DNA from: an uncultured delta proteobacterium
Lineage (GTDB): Bacteria > Desulfobacterota > RBG-13-43-22
NCBI GenBank assembly: GCA_963743305.1
Contig: CAVUPH010000013.1
Span: forward strand, 128,001-192,000
Reading direction: 5' to 3'
DNA: 64,000 nucleotides
Shown here piece after piece: positions 18,878-27,640 of this stretch. The position numbers and the translations under genes were made by a program. Under the pieces are notes generated by a model. The model saw only the letters and a list, made by a program, of their open reading frames with translations, did not search any database and had not been told where the DNA came from. How positions within the stretch are numbered: the first letter of the stretch is position 1; each line of letters begins with the position of its first letter.

Positions 18878-20092
18878 TTATACCCCCGGGCTGGTTTCCA
18901 AAACGGCAGTTTGGTTGATCAATCCCTGATCGAAAGGGGTGATCTCCGGATAATGTGGAAGTAGACCTGACCGTTCATCCCTTGGCGGTCCAAGGATCCT
19001 CCCCCCATCCGAGTGATCGGGAAAGCCGGTTGTTTGACCTTCTAATTTTTCCCAGGCTAGGCCGAAGTCCTTCCCCTTGAACAGGATCAAACAGGCTTCC
19101 ACCACCCGGGGATCAAAAAGCACGCCTGCTTGGGCCTCAATTTCCTCCAGGGCCTTGTCGATTCCCAAGGCCGGTCGGTAAGGCCGGTGGGAGGCGATGG
19201 CCTCCACCACGTCGGCCACCGCCAGTACTCTGGCCTCCAGGATAATCTCCGCTTTCGACAAGCCTTGAGGATATCCGCTACCGTCGATTCTTTCGTGGTG
19301 CTGATGCACGATATCGGCTATCGGCCAGGGGAAATCAATGGGCTCCAGCAACTGGTACCCCAATTGAGCATGGGATTTGACGATGGCGAATTCGATGGCT
19401 GATATTTTCCCCGGCTTGCTGAGGATCTCGGCGGGAATAAATATCTTGCCGACATCATGAACCAATCCGGCCATGCGGATTCCTTCGGTCTGAGGACGGG
19501 GAAGCCCCAGCTCGCCGGCAATCGCTGCGGCCAGCTTAGACACTCTTTGCTGGTGACCGGCGGTATAAGGATCCCTTATTTCTACGGTTGAGGCCACCAG
19601 ATTGATGGTCCCGGTGATGGATTTTTGCAGGTCATTTACGGTGGTCAGCAGGTCTTGGGTTCGTTCTCTGACCTTGGTTTCAAGGTTCTGAAGGTAGCGC
19701 CGGTTTTCAATCTCCAATTCGCGGCGGCGGAGGGCGTTCGACACCTGAATCATCAGTTGATTCAAACTAAAGGGTTTAATCAGGTATCCATAGGCGCCGA
19801 TAACCAAGGCTTCCTCCGCAGTCCGCAGGTCATCTATCCCGCTCTCCATGATAATGACCGTATCGGGATACCGATGGGCGACAAATTTAATCAATTCGAG
19901 ACCGGATTCCCCGGGCAGATTGATATCGCTGAGGATCAAGGAAAAGATCTGGCGCTGCAGGAGAGCCCGCGCTTCTTTGGCATTTCTGGCCAACTGGCAG
20001 ATATAACCATGCGAACGGAGCTCTTTAGCAATGAGTCGGAGGATATTTTCCTCGTCCTCTACGACCAAGATTGGATGTGAATCTATTTTCAT
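18878..20092 (-). CDS. REC-HD-GYP c-di-GMP phosphodiesterase (RpfG-like)
   Basis: Receiver with SDINLPG; RDPYTAGH, HDVGK, HHERIDGSGYP. Confidence 0.92.
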   Translation of the reverse strand: MKIDSHPILVVEDEENILRLIAKELRSHGYICQLARNAKEARALLQRQIFSLILSDINLPGESGLELIKFVAHRYPDTVIIMESGIDDLRTAEEALVIGAYGYLIKPFSLNQLMIQVSNALRRRELEIENRRYLQNLETKVRERTQDLLTTVNDLQKSITGTINLVASTVEIRDPYTAGHQQRVSKLAAAIAGELGLPRPQTEGIRMAGLVHDVGKIFIPAEILSKPGKISAIEFAIVKSHAQLGYQLLEPIDFPWPIADIVHQHHERIDGSGYPQGLSKAEIILEARVLAVADVVEAIASHRPYRPALGIDKALEEIEAQAGVLFDPRVVEACLILFKGKDFGLAWEKLEGQTTGFPDHSDGGRILGPPRDERSGLLPHYPEITPFDQGLINQTAVLETSPGV

Positions 20093-20139
20093 TTCATCTC
20101 CCGAAAGGTTGCATCTTAGACTTGTTAATGGAATTATAC

Positions 20140-20154
20140 TCAAGAACCATGCCA
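20140..20154 (-). promoter_or_regulatory. Sigma54 -24/-12 promoter
   Basis: TGGCATGGTTCTTGA versus consensus TGGCAC-N5-TTGC, about 50 bp upstream of the HD-GYP gene. Confidence 0.7.
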
Positions 20155-20240
20155 GGAAAGGCGAATATAGACAAAGGCTGGATTAACGAGGAGTTATTGA
20201 AGCAGGCCCACGGGGGTTGAACTCGATATCCGGTTTGGAC

Positions 20241-20276
20241 GAGACGATTTGTCTCACTTCTGAGAAATATGAGACG
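20241..20276. promoter_or_regulatory. Candidate upstream activator sites for a sigma54 activator
   Basis: Overlapping palindromes GAGAC-GATTT-GTCTC and TCTCA-CTTC-TGAGA plus a further TGAGAC half-site. Confidence 0.55.
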
Positions 20277-20278
20277 GA

Positions 20279-21610
20279 TTAATTATTTTGATTTCTTATT
20301 TTTTTCAGTTTCCGATAGAGCGTCGCCCGGGAGATCCCCAGGGCTTTGGCCGTCTGGGCGACTTCTCCTTGATGCTCCTTCAGGGTTGATAAGATGGCCG
20401 AGGCCTTGTTCCCCTGGTAGTCTTCAGGAGGGGTCCCGAGACTGGAGATAGGTTTGGTGCCCAATAAGCCGGGAAAATGCTCCTCGGCCAGGGGGGCGCC
20501 CCGTGATAGCAAACAGGCCCTTTCCAGGATATTTCGCAATTCCCTGACATTCCCGGGCCAGGGGTATTGTTGCAACAGCTTGATTATTTTCGTCGGCACC
20601 CCGATCTCGGATTTTGCCATTGAAGCCAGGAGGTGGGAGACCAGTCCCTCCATATCTTCCAGCCGTCTCCGTAAAGGAGGAATTTGAATGGGAAACACCT
20701 GTATGCGGAAAAACAGGTCCTTGCGGAATCGCTGTTGGGCAATCTCTTCTTCCAGATTTTTATTGGTCGCGCACAACAGCCGGAAGTCACTGTGGCGGGA
20801 TTTCACATCTCCAACCCGACGGAACCATTTATCTTCAATGACCTTAAGGAATTGGGCCTGAACCTCCAAGTCCATATCACCGATTTCGTCCAAGAAAAGG
20901 GTGCCCCGATCGGCAATCTCGATCAGTCCCTGCCGGTTCTGGATGGCCGAGGTAAAAGCCCCGCGAACAACGCCGAAAAGTTCGCTGGCCATCAGTGCTC
21001 CTTTCAGACCGGAACAATTCACTTCAACCAAAGGTTCGGATCCGCGCTGGCCGTGTTGGTGTATCCATTGGGCCAGCAATCCCTTTCCGGTTCCGGTTTC
21101 TCCCAAAATTAATATCGTGGAGTCATTCTCAGCCGCCAGAGAGGCGAGTTCTTTGACCAAGGCCATGCCCGGACTCGGCCCCCAAAAAAAATTCTCCCGG
21201 TAGTTCGATCGTTCTTTGGCCGTCCGCTGCCGGCGCAACGCGCCCCATTCCAGAGCCTTTTGGAGAAAAATCTGCAGGCCGGCCATTTCTACCGGCTTGG
21301 GCAGAAAATTATCCGCACCCCGGCGCATGGCTTCCACGGCTTTCGGGATGTCGCCTTCCCCGCTGATGACAATAATGGGTAGCCCGGGATAATTTTCCCG
21401 GAGTTCCGGTATCCAATCCAGCCCATTGCCGTCGGGAAGGTTTAAATCGAGCAAGAGGGCATCAAAGCGCCGGTTCAGGATGGTTTCCCGAGCTTCTTTC
21501 AAGGAGGAGGCTTCAGAGACGATAAAACCGGCTTCAGCCAGGTATTTATAAAACAATACCCGGATTGCCGGATCATCATCGACCACTAGAATTTGAGGAT
21601 TCATCCTCAT
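20279..21610 (-). CDS. NtrC-family sigma54-dependent response regulator
   Basis: REC, GETGTGK, SELFG..GAFTSA, FLDEIG, WPGNVREL, Fis HTH LGISRATLYRKL. Confidence 0.93.
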   Translation of the reverse strand: MRMNPQILVVDDDPAIRVLFYKYLAEAGFIVSEASSLKEARETILNRRFDALLLDLNLPDGNGLDWIPELRENYPGLPIIVISGEGDIPKAVEAMRRGADNFLPKPVEMAGLQIFLQKALEWGALRRQRTAKERSNYRENFFWGPSPGMALVKELASLAAENDSTILILGETGTGKGLLAQWIHQHGQRGSEPLVEVNCSGLKGALMASELFGVVRGAFTSAIQNRQGLIEIADRGTLFLDEIGDMDLEVQAQFLKVIEDKWFRRVGDVKSRHSDFRLLCATNKNLEEEIAQQRFRKDLFFRIQVFPIQIPPLRRRLEDMEGLVSHLLASMAKSEIGVPTKIIKLLQQYPWPGNVRELRNILERACLLSRGAPLAEEHFPGLLGTKPISSLGTPPEDYQGNKASAILSTLKEHQGEVAQTAKALGISRATLYRKLKKIRNQNN

Positions 21611-21718
21611 CCTCCTTGAAACGCCAAAGGCGGGTTTCTGCCGACCGAGTCTCGAACGGAAGTTCGGAAGCGACGGCGTCCTTTTGCCTTCAATCGCCTC
21701 CGGCCTTTTCCCCGGCAG

Positions 21719-22726
21719 TCATTCGAATTTGACCGCCCCTTTCTTGAACACGCGCAGACAAGCATCCACAACCCCGGGGTCGTAGAGTACGCCCCGGTTT
21801 CTGAGAATCTCATCCAGCGCGAGATCGGTTCCCCTGGCCGGGCGATAAGGCCGGTGGGAGGCCATGGCTTCCACTACGTCGGCAACACACAGGATCCGGG
21901 CCTCGAGAAGAATATCCTCTCCCGAAAGCCCCTGGGGATAGCCGCTGCCGTTCATTTTCTCGTGATGCTCTAATACTATTCGGGCGATCGGCCACGGAAA
22001 TTCAATATCGGCTATGATAGCATAGCCGGCTTGGGGGTGCGTCTTAATAAGCTCGAATTCATTTTCCGTCAACTCGTTCGGCTTGCTCAGTATCTGCGCG
22101 GGCACGGATATTTTTCCCAGATCATGTATCATTCCGGCCAGGCGAATCCCTTCCAGGCGATCTTTCGTCAGGTTCATTTCCGTGGCCAGGGCAGCGGCAA
22201 GATCGGCCACCCGCCGCTGATGGCCCGCGGTGTAGGGGTCCCGGGCTTCAACCGTCCGGGTCATCGCCTGTATGATCCCCTCCAGGGCCTTTTTCAGTTT
22301 GGCGGTTCGCTCCTCCACCATCTGCTCAAGCTCCTGGCGGTACATGCGGTTGGCGATCTCCAACTTTCGCCGCCGCAAGACATTCCGGATATTAATGAGG
22401 AGCTCGTGAAGATTAAAAGGCTTTAAAACATACCCCCAGGCCCCCAATTGGATGGCGGCGTCGGCGATTTTAGAATCATCCACCGCCGTCACGATGATGA
22501 CCGCTGTGTCCCCATACTCCGTCGCGATATGCCTGGCCAAATCAATGCCGGATTCCCCCGGCATGTTCACATCGCAGAGCGCCAGATTGAAGGTTTGTTC
22601 ACCCAGGCATTTTCGGGCTTCCGCCGCATTAGCGGCCAGGGTACAGGCATGACCGTTCGTCGAGAGTGTTCGGTCCAGCAAGCGACGCATCTGTTCTTCG
22701 TCGTCAACGATCAAGATACTTGCCAT
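21719..22726 (-). CDS. REC-HD-GYP c-di-GMP phosphodiesterase, paralog of 18878-20092
   Basis: CDVNMPG, RDPYTAGH, HDLGK, HHEKMNGSGYP. Confidence 0.92.
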   Translation of the reverse strand: MASILIVDDEEQMRRLLDRTLSTNGHACTLAANAAEARKCLGEQTFNLALCDVNMPGESGIDLARHIATEYGDTAVIIVTAVDDSKIADAAIQLGAWGYVLKPFNLHELLINIRNVLRRRKLEIANRMYRQELEQMVEERTAKLKKALEGIIQAMTRTVEARDPYTAGHQRRVADLAAALATEMNLTKDRLEGIRLAGMIHDLGKISVPAQILSKPNELTENEFELIKTHPQAGYAIIADIEFPWPIARIVLEHHEKMNGSGYPQGLSGEDILLEARILCVADVVEAMASHRPYRPARGTDLALDEILRNRGVLYDPGVVDACLRVFKKGAVKFE

Positions 22727-22729
22727 GCG

Positions 22730-22900
22730 CTATCCTCAACCATTATCTTCCGATCGCGCGGGGTTTTTGGGGGGAGGGCCTCGTCGCTCGGCCTGGAAGG
22801 GCAGCCGCCGAACCCGTGGGACAGGATTGCCTTTCGACCGCGGGTCAGAGCGCTGGAGGTGACGGTGAGTACCGGAATGTCCCGCGGGGTGTCGTCCTGG
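22730..22900 (-). pseudogene. Degenerate C-terminal half of a receiver domain
   Basis: Manual translation RDIPVLTVTSSALTRGRKAILSHGFGGCPSRP matches the pattern DIPVIAxTAxA...GFDGYISKP. Confidence 0.55.
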
Positions 22901-23465
22901 TAAACCCCCTTGTCGGCCTACCTAAACCCTAATGTATCTATAAATTATACTGCTCCGGGAGACAAAAGCAAGTGAATTTGGTGCTGTAATGGCAGTTGCA
23001 ATGGCCTAAAAGGTCGTCGTAGTCGTATTCCTAGGTGTTGGGACACATCTGATGTATGGTGGTTGCATATAGTCATCCGGTCCTCCGTCTCCATCGATAC
23101 TCTGGCCTCAGAGACCGTTTTCGCTCGGAGCATCGCAGCCCCGTTTAGGCCAGAAGGTGAAAATATTTTTCACGGTCAGAGAAGGGACGCCACTCCAGGA
23201 TCTAAATGCCGACGGCAGGTAATTCCCGGAAGAGGCAGCGGAGATCTTTAGCGGGGCAGGATGATGATGGCCGAGGCCGTCAGCAGGAGCCCAACTACTT
23301 GGAAATGGTGAAGCATTTTTCCCAGGGCCACAGATATCCCGTATCGAAATTTGAAAAAAAATTTTATAATACCATCCCAATCAGAGACAAGGGAAAAAAA
23401 GAAAACGGCAGATTAAGCGGATAGTCAAACCATCCATCGGCAGAAACGGAAAAAGGGGTTACCAG

Positions 23466-23726
23466 ATGAAGAATAAATCAAGAATGGCTACCAACAAACG
23501 AAAAAAAATCTCGCCGCAGCTCGGGGAGGCGGACCCGGTCGAACGAAGGGAGTGCCTTTGCCTCCAGTGCGGTATATCGAATTATCTCGTACTGGCAGAT
23601 CTGCCTCCGGATGCCTGGGAACCTTCGGAAACCAAGGTTTTGGCCGGCATATTTTGTTCCGACTGCGGCGGCCCCTTGCTGGTCCGAGGGGCCGCCGGAG
23701 AAGAGCCTTTTTACCCAACCCAATAA
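23466..23726 (+). CDS. Small putative zinc-ribbon protein
   Basis: CLQC...CSDCGG pairs; AAGGGG upstream. Confidence 0.5.
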   Translation: MKNKSRMATNKRKKISPQLGEADPVERRECLCLQCGISNYLVLADLPPDAWEPSETKVLAGIFCSDCGGPLLVRGAAGEEPFYPTQ

Positions 23727-23818
23727 CCGGAGGGATTTCCCATGAATCCGGCTTTTCGCCTATTGTTTTTCACCATAAATAGATCAACCTATCCCCATTT
23801 GATACCAGGAGGCCTGGA

Positions 23819-24469
23819 ATGAAAAAGCAAGGTTCGTTAACAGATTTTTGCCGGTTTTTGCTCTTGATTTTATTCTTGATCCCGATGCTATCCTTGTCTC
23901 CCGAAGCAGTCTATAATTCCCGATACAATAAATTTTGGGCCGCCTATGGGGGAGGATCGGCCACGAATCCCCTGGTGATCGCCGACAGCGGCCACCAGGT
24001 AATGAGCGGGGGATATCCCAACTTCTATAATCCTTATAAAAACATGGTGGATCAGGAATTGACAAGGCCGCCCCAGGCCCATGTGCAGGCCACCTGGCAT
24101 CGGACCGGCAACAAGGTTACCTTTTCCATCCAGGTGACTAACCAAAGCGGCGTCTCCCTGTCCTATGCGGAGAACAAGGCCGCGGTCCATGCCGTGGTCT
24201 ATGAAGACGCCAAGGTGGGGGTTACTTCCCGGTATGCGCGGTCGGCCGTATTTCAGAATCTCTCCACCGCACTGGCTTCGGGGGCCTCGGCGACCTTTAC
24301 GCTGGAGACGCCCGACCTGACCGTTGTGGATTGGAACAAGCTGCATTTTGTGGCCCTGGTGGATTACCGACCGGCCAGCAGTGGGGCCTATGACCTGCTC
24401 CAGGCGGCGGTGGCTCTACCGGCCGTGTCCGACCGGGCTAGCGGATTAAAAGAAGTTGGTCCGGTATAG
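23819..24469 (+). CDS. Secreted hypothetical protein with a beta-rich C-terminus (Omp28-like)
   Basis: Signal peptide; GGAGG RBS; AVHAVVYED and LHFVALVD strands. Confidence 0.5.
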   Translation: MKKQGSLTDFCRFLLLILFLIPMLSLSPEAVYNSRYNKFWAAYGGGSATNPLVIADSGHQVMSGGYPNFYNPYKNMVDQELTRPPQAHVQATWHRTGNKVTFSIQVTNQSGVSLSYAENKAAVHAVVYEDAKVGVTSRYARSAVFQNLSTALASGASATFTLETPDLTVVDWNKLHFVALVDYRPASSGAYDLLQAAVALPAVSDRASGLKEVGPV

Positions 24470-24790
24470 ATGCCAGATTTCCTCTTCTTCGTCCTCGTGC
24501 AGCAGGATCAGCGGCCTGGCGCCCAGGTGGCACAGGAGGTTGGGAGCGGAGCCGAAGAGGCGGCAGATTAAGGGTCGGACCGGATAGATGGTGCAGCCTC
24601 GTTCGGAGACATAGGGGCAGGTAGTGCCCTCGGCTAACTTGAAAATGATTCCGTTGGTTTTTAGGTACTTTTTGATACGCCGGGTTTCTATCTTGGTCTG
24701 GGAAGGTATTCCAAAGGCCTGACAGCAGGCCGTACAACCCGGAAGGCAAGGGACCCCGGGGATCAGGGCATAAAGATCCTGGATTTTCAA
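24446..24790 (-). CDS. YkgJ-family cysteine-cluster protein
   Basis: CLPGCTACC, CPY, CTIYPVRPLICR. Confidence 0.8.
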   Translation of the reverse strand: MKIQDLYALIPGVPCLPGCTACCQAFGIPSQTKIETRRIKKYLKTNGIIFKLAEGTTCPYVSERGCTIYPVRPLICRLFGSAPNLLCHLGARPLILLHEDEEEEIWHLYRTNFF

Positions 24791-24805
24791 ATGAGGAGGG
24801 TGTCC

Positions 24806-25549
24806 TTAAGGAAGCAGTTCCTTTAGATCCTGCCAGTGGGAGATGCGAGGGACGTCGAAATCGGGTTCTTCCTCCCGGGCCGCGGTGTAGCCCGGAAAGG
24901 TCGGGACCTGGTTATCCCGGACATAGGTCATCCAAACCGGGTTCAGCCCGGCCTCCTTCGCCCCTTGGATGTCCGATTCCCAGTCGTCCCCGATAAAAAA
25001 AATTTGATCTCCTTCTACCCCCAATTCGCTGATCAGTTGTTCGAAAACCGAGAGATGGGGTTTCCGGTATCCTAAATCCCCGGAGATCAAGATTACCTCA
25101 AAATAAGAAGTCAGCCCAAAGTAGTCCAACAGGCCGCGGGCCGCGGGCGGGTGGGTGAAATTGGAGAGTAAGCCCAGCCGGTATTTGCCCTGTAGACCGG
25201 CCAACATCTCGCCCGTCCCGGGGATCAGACGGCAGAAGGGATAAAAGGCCGAGAAGTAGGCTTCCACGGCCGCGGCGACCCGGGCATCCTGCGGAACCAG
25301 GGGATACCCCATATCCGTTAACGCCGCGCTGATCCAGAATCGGTTGTGGGTTTCTTTTCCTTCCCGGTGAGCTTCTTGGATGAAGCGAACCGCCGCCTCG
25401 CGATAAACGGTCTGGAACCGGGCCGGATCAAGATCCAGCCCGTCGGCGCGAAGCTTGTCGGTGAGCCTAGTTAAAGCCTCCCCGACGGCCCCCGGTCCGG
25501 CCATGATCAGGGTGTTGAAGAGGTCAAACCCGATCGCTTTGATAGGCAA
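24806..25549 (-). CDS. HAD-superfamily hydrolase
   Basis: FDLFNTL, LSN, RKPH, IGDDWESDIQGA. Confidence 0.88.
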   Translation of the reverse strand: MPIKAIGFDLFNTLIMAGPGAVGEALTRLTDKLRADGLDLDPARFQTVYREAAVRFIQEAHREGKETHNRFWISAALTDMGYPLVPQDARVAAAVEAYFSAFYPFCRLIPGTGEMLAGLQGKYRLGLLSNFTHPPAARGLLDYFGLTSYFEVILISGDLGYRKPHLSVFEQLISELGVEGDQIFFIGDDWESDIQGAKEAGLNPVWMTYVRDNQVPTFPGYTAAREEEPDFDVPRISHWQDLKELLP

Positions 25550-25553
25550 CGGG

Positions 25554-26003
25554 TTACTCTATTCTTCTCAGGTTAATGGTCAGGTTCTCCTTGGCCCCCG
25601 GGTAAACGTCGATAAACCGCAGATAATCCCGGTAGCCCCCTTTCTTGGCCTCCACCTTGTGCCGCCCCGCCAACACCCCTTCCTCATAGGTGTTGTCTTC
25701 CCGGGGATCCAGCTTGTGTCCGTCGATATACACCGCCGCTTCCGATGGTTCAACTTCGATAAAAATCCAGCCGGAACCTTTGGCCCCTTTGGTGCCCTGA
25801 TAATTGTCCGGGGTCGGGGGATAATAGCCGGGTGGATAATGGTTGGGGTAATATTGGACCGGGGTCAGGGCAGGGGGATTGATCGAGGGGACATCGATCA
25901 GAGCGGCTGCCTGCACCGTTCCGCCAGAACCTAAAATTAGCAGAGTGAGAATCAATAGAAAAGAGGAAACGACAAAGTGATCTTTTGTTACTCGGAAAAA
26001 CAT
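25554..26003 (-). CDS. Exported PEGA domain protein
   Basis: Signal peptide, Pro/Tyr-rich linker, VEPSEAAVYIDG...GRHKVEAKKGGY. Confidence 0.8.
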   Translation of the reverse strand: MFFRVTKDHFVVSSFLLILTLLILGSGGTVQAAALIDVPSINPPALTPVQYYPNHYPPGYYPPTPDNYQGTKGAKGSGWIFIEVEPSEAAVYIDGHKLDPREDNTYEEGVLAGRHKVEAKKGGYRDYLRFIDVYPGAKENLTINLRRIE

Positions 26004-26086
26004 AGTGACCCCCTCAGGGATTATCAAACCAGGGTGAAAATAGGATCTGAAGCTCAGCCCCACAGGCCTTGAACCGTCCAATCAAA

Positions 26087-26416
26087 TTAATCCAGGACCT
26101 CCATCAACTTGCCGCAGCAGGGAGGAATCCGGTCCCCTTTCTTGAGGTCCGCGTATTTGTTGCAGGTCTGGCAGTAGCAGCGGCCGTCCTTATCCATATG
26201 CACCTCCGCGTACTCCCCGGCTCCTTTTACTTCCAAGCCTTCAATAGCAAAGCGGGCAAATTTGTTTTTCTGGGGGAGAAATTCGCCGACCGGGACCAAC
26301 TTCTTACTGAAACGGACACAGTCGATCATGATTCTCCAGAGCGCTTCGATTTTTTTGGTTTCGTCGGCGGTTTCCGGAGTAAATTCCACCAAATTCTTTT
26401 CGATGTTGATTTGCAT
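26087..26416 (-). CDS. Hypothetical protein with C-terminal CxxC...CCG metal-binding ribbon
   Basis: CQTC...PPCCGKLM; GGAGG RBS. Confidence 0.7.
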   Translation of the reverse strand: MQINIEKNLVEFTPETADETKKIEALWRIMIDCVRFSKKLVPVGEFLPQKNKFARFAIEGLEVKGAGEYAEVHMDKDGRCYCQTCNKYADLKKGDRIPPCCGKLMEVLD

Positions 26417-26647
26417 GGGTCCACCTCCAAGTCATTAGGGGTTAATTTGATAACTATAAGGGATGCCACTCAAAAGGTCAAGGCAGGGTTAAAGAGACAT
26501 TCAACCGGGTAGCCATTCCAATAGCCTGGGCGCCGGGCATTGTCAATCAATGGATAGCCGAGTCTTTGGCCACTGGATGCTTTTTCATAGGGAACCAGCC
26601 GGGTTGATGGTATAGTGTTCTCAGGTAACTCTACATAATCAAAGGTG

Positions 26648-27622
26648 ATGAATATGCCCGATGAAATCTATCCCGATCTCTACCGGCTGGAAATCCCCCT
26701 GCCGGAGAGCCCGCTCAAATACCTCAATTCCTATGTCCTCAAGAGTCCGGACCGGAACCTGATCATCGACACCGGCCTCAATCGACGGGAGTGCCTGGAG
26801 GCCATGCAGAGCGGCCTGGCGAAGTTGTCCGTCGATTTGAAGCGAACCGATATTTTCATCACCCACTTGCACGCCGACCACTTCGGGCTGGTTAACAAGC
26901 TGGCCACGGATTCCAACCGCATTTTCTTCAGCCGTCCCGAAAAGGAGCTGATCGAATCCTGGGAAGGCTTCGAGGCCATGATCGCCTACGGCGGCCGAAA
27001 CGGTTTTCCGGAAGAGCAATTGCGGGCCGCCCTGGATAAACACCCGGGGAAAAAATACGGCACCCAGTGGATACCGGACCTGAGCCTCCTGGACGACGGG
27101 GACCTCATCGAATGCGGTCGTTATTCATTCCGTTGCGTCACCACTCCCGGTCACACCCTGGGGCATATCTGCCTTTACGAGGCCGAGCGAAAGATTCTCA
27201 TCGCCGGCGACCATATCCTGGACGACATCACCCCCAACATTCAATGCTGGACCGATATTCAGAATCCTTTAAAATGGTACCTGGCCAGCCTCGATAAAAC
27301 GGCGGCCCTGGAAGTGGACCAGGTCCTGCCGGGACACCGGCGGCTCATCCGGGACCATCGCTCCCGGATCGACGAACTGAAGAGGCACCATAAAAATCGT
27401 TTGGCGGAAGTCCTGGAAATCCTCAATAGCGGACCCCAGAGCGCTTATCGCGTTGCCTCCCGGATGACCTGGGATATCAAGTGTGATTCCTGGGAGGCCT
27501 TCCCGGTGACCCAAAAATGGTTTGCCACCGGGGAAGCCATTTCTCATTTGAGATATCTGGAGGAAGAGGGTAAAATTTTAAAAGGGCAGCAAAGCGGAGC
27601 CATCCGATATAGCTCATCTTGA
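26648..27622 (+). CDS. MBL-fold metallo-hydrolase
   Basis: THLHADH, PGHT, AGDH, PGH. Confidence 0.9.
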   Translation: MNMPDEIYPDLYRLEIPLPESPLKYLNSYVLKSPDRNLIIDTGLNRRECLEAMQSGLAKLSVDLKRTDIFITHLHADHFGLVNKLATDSNRIFFSRPEKELIESWEGFEAMIAYGGRNGFPEEQLRAALDKHPGKKYGTQWIPDLSLLDDGDLIECGRYSFRCVTTPGHTLGHICLYEAERKILIAGDHILDDITPNIQCWTDIQNPLKWYLASLDKTAALEVDQVLPGHRRLIRDHRSRIDELKRHHKNRLAEVLEILNSGPQSAYRVASRMTWDIKCDSWEAFPVTQKWFATGEAISHLRYLEEEGKILKGQQSGAIRYSSS

Positions 27623-27640
27623 ATAGGGGAGAACTCACCC

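Noticed and set aside
22979-22993. GG-N10-GC possible sigma54 promoter on the plus strand
   Set aside because: Poor match to the consensus and no credible gene immediately downstream
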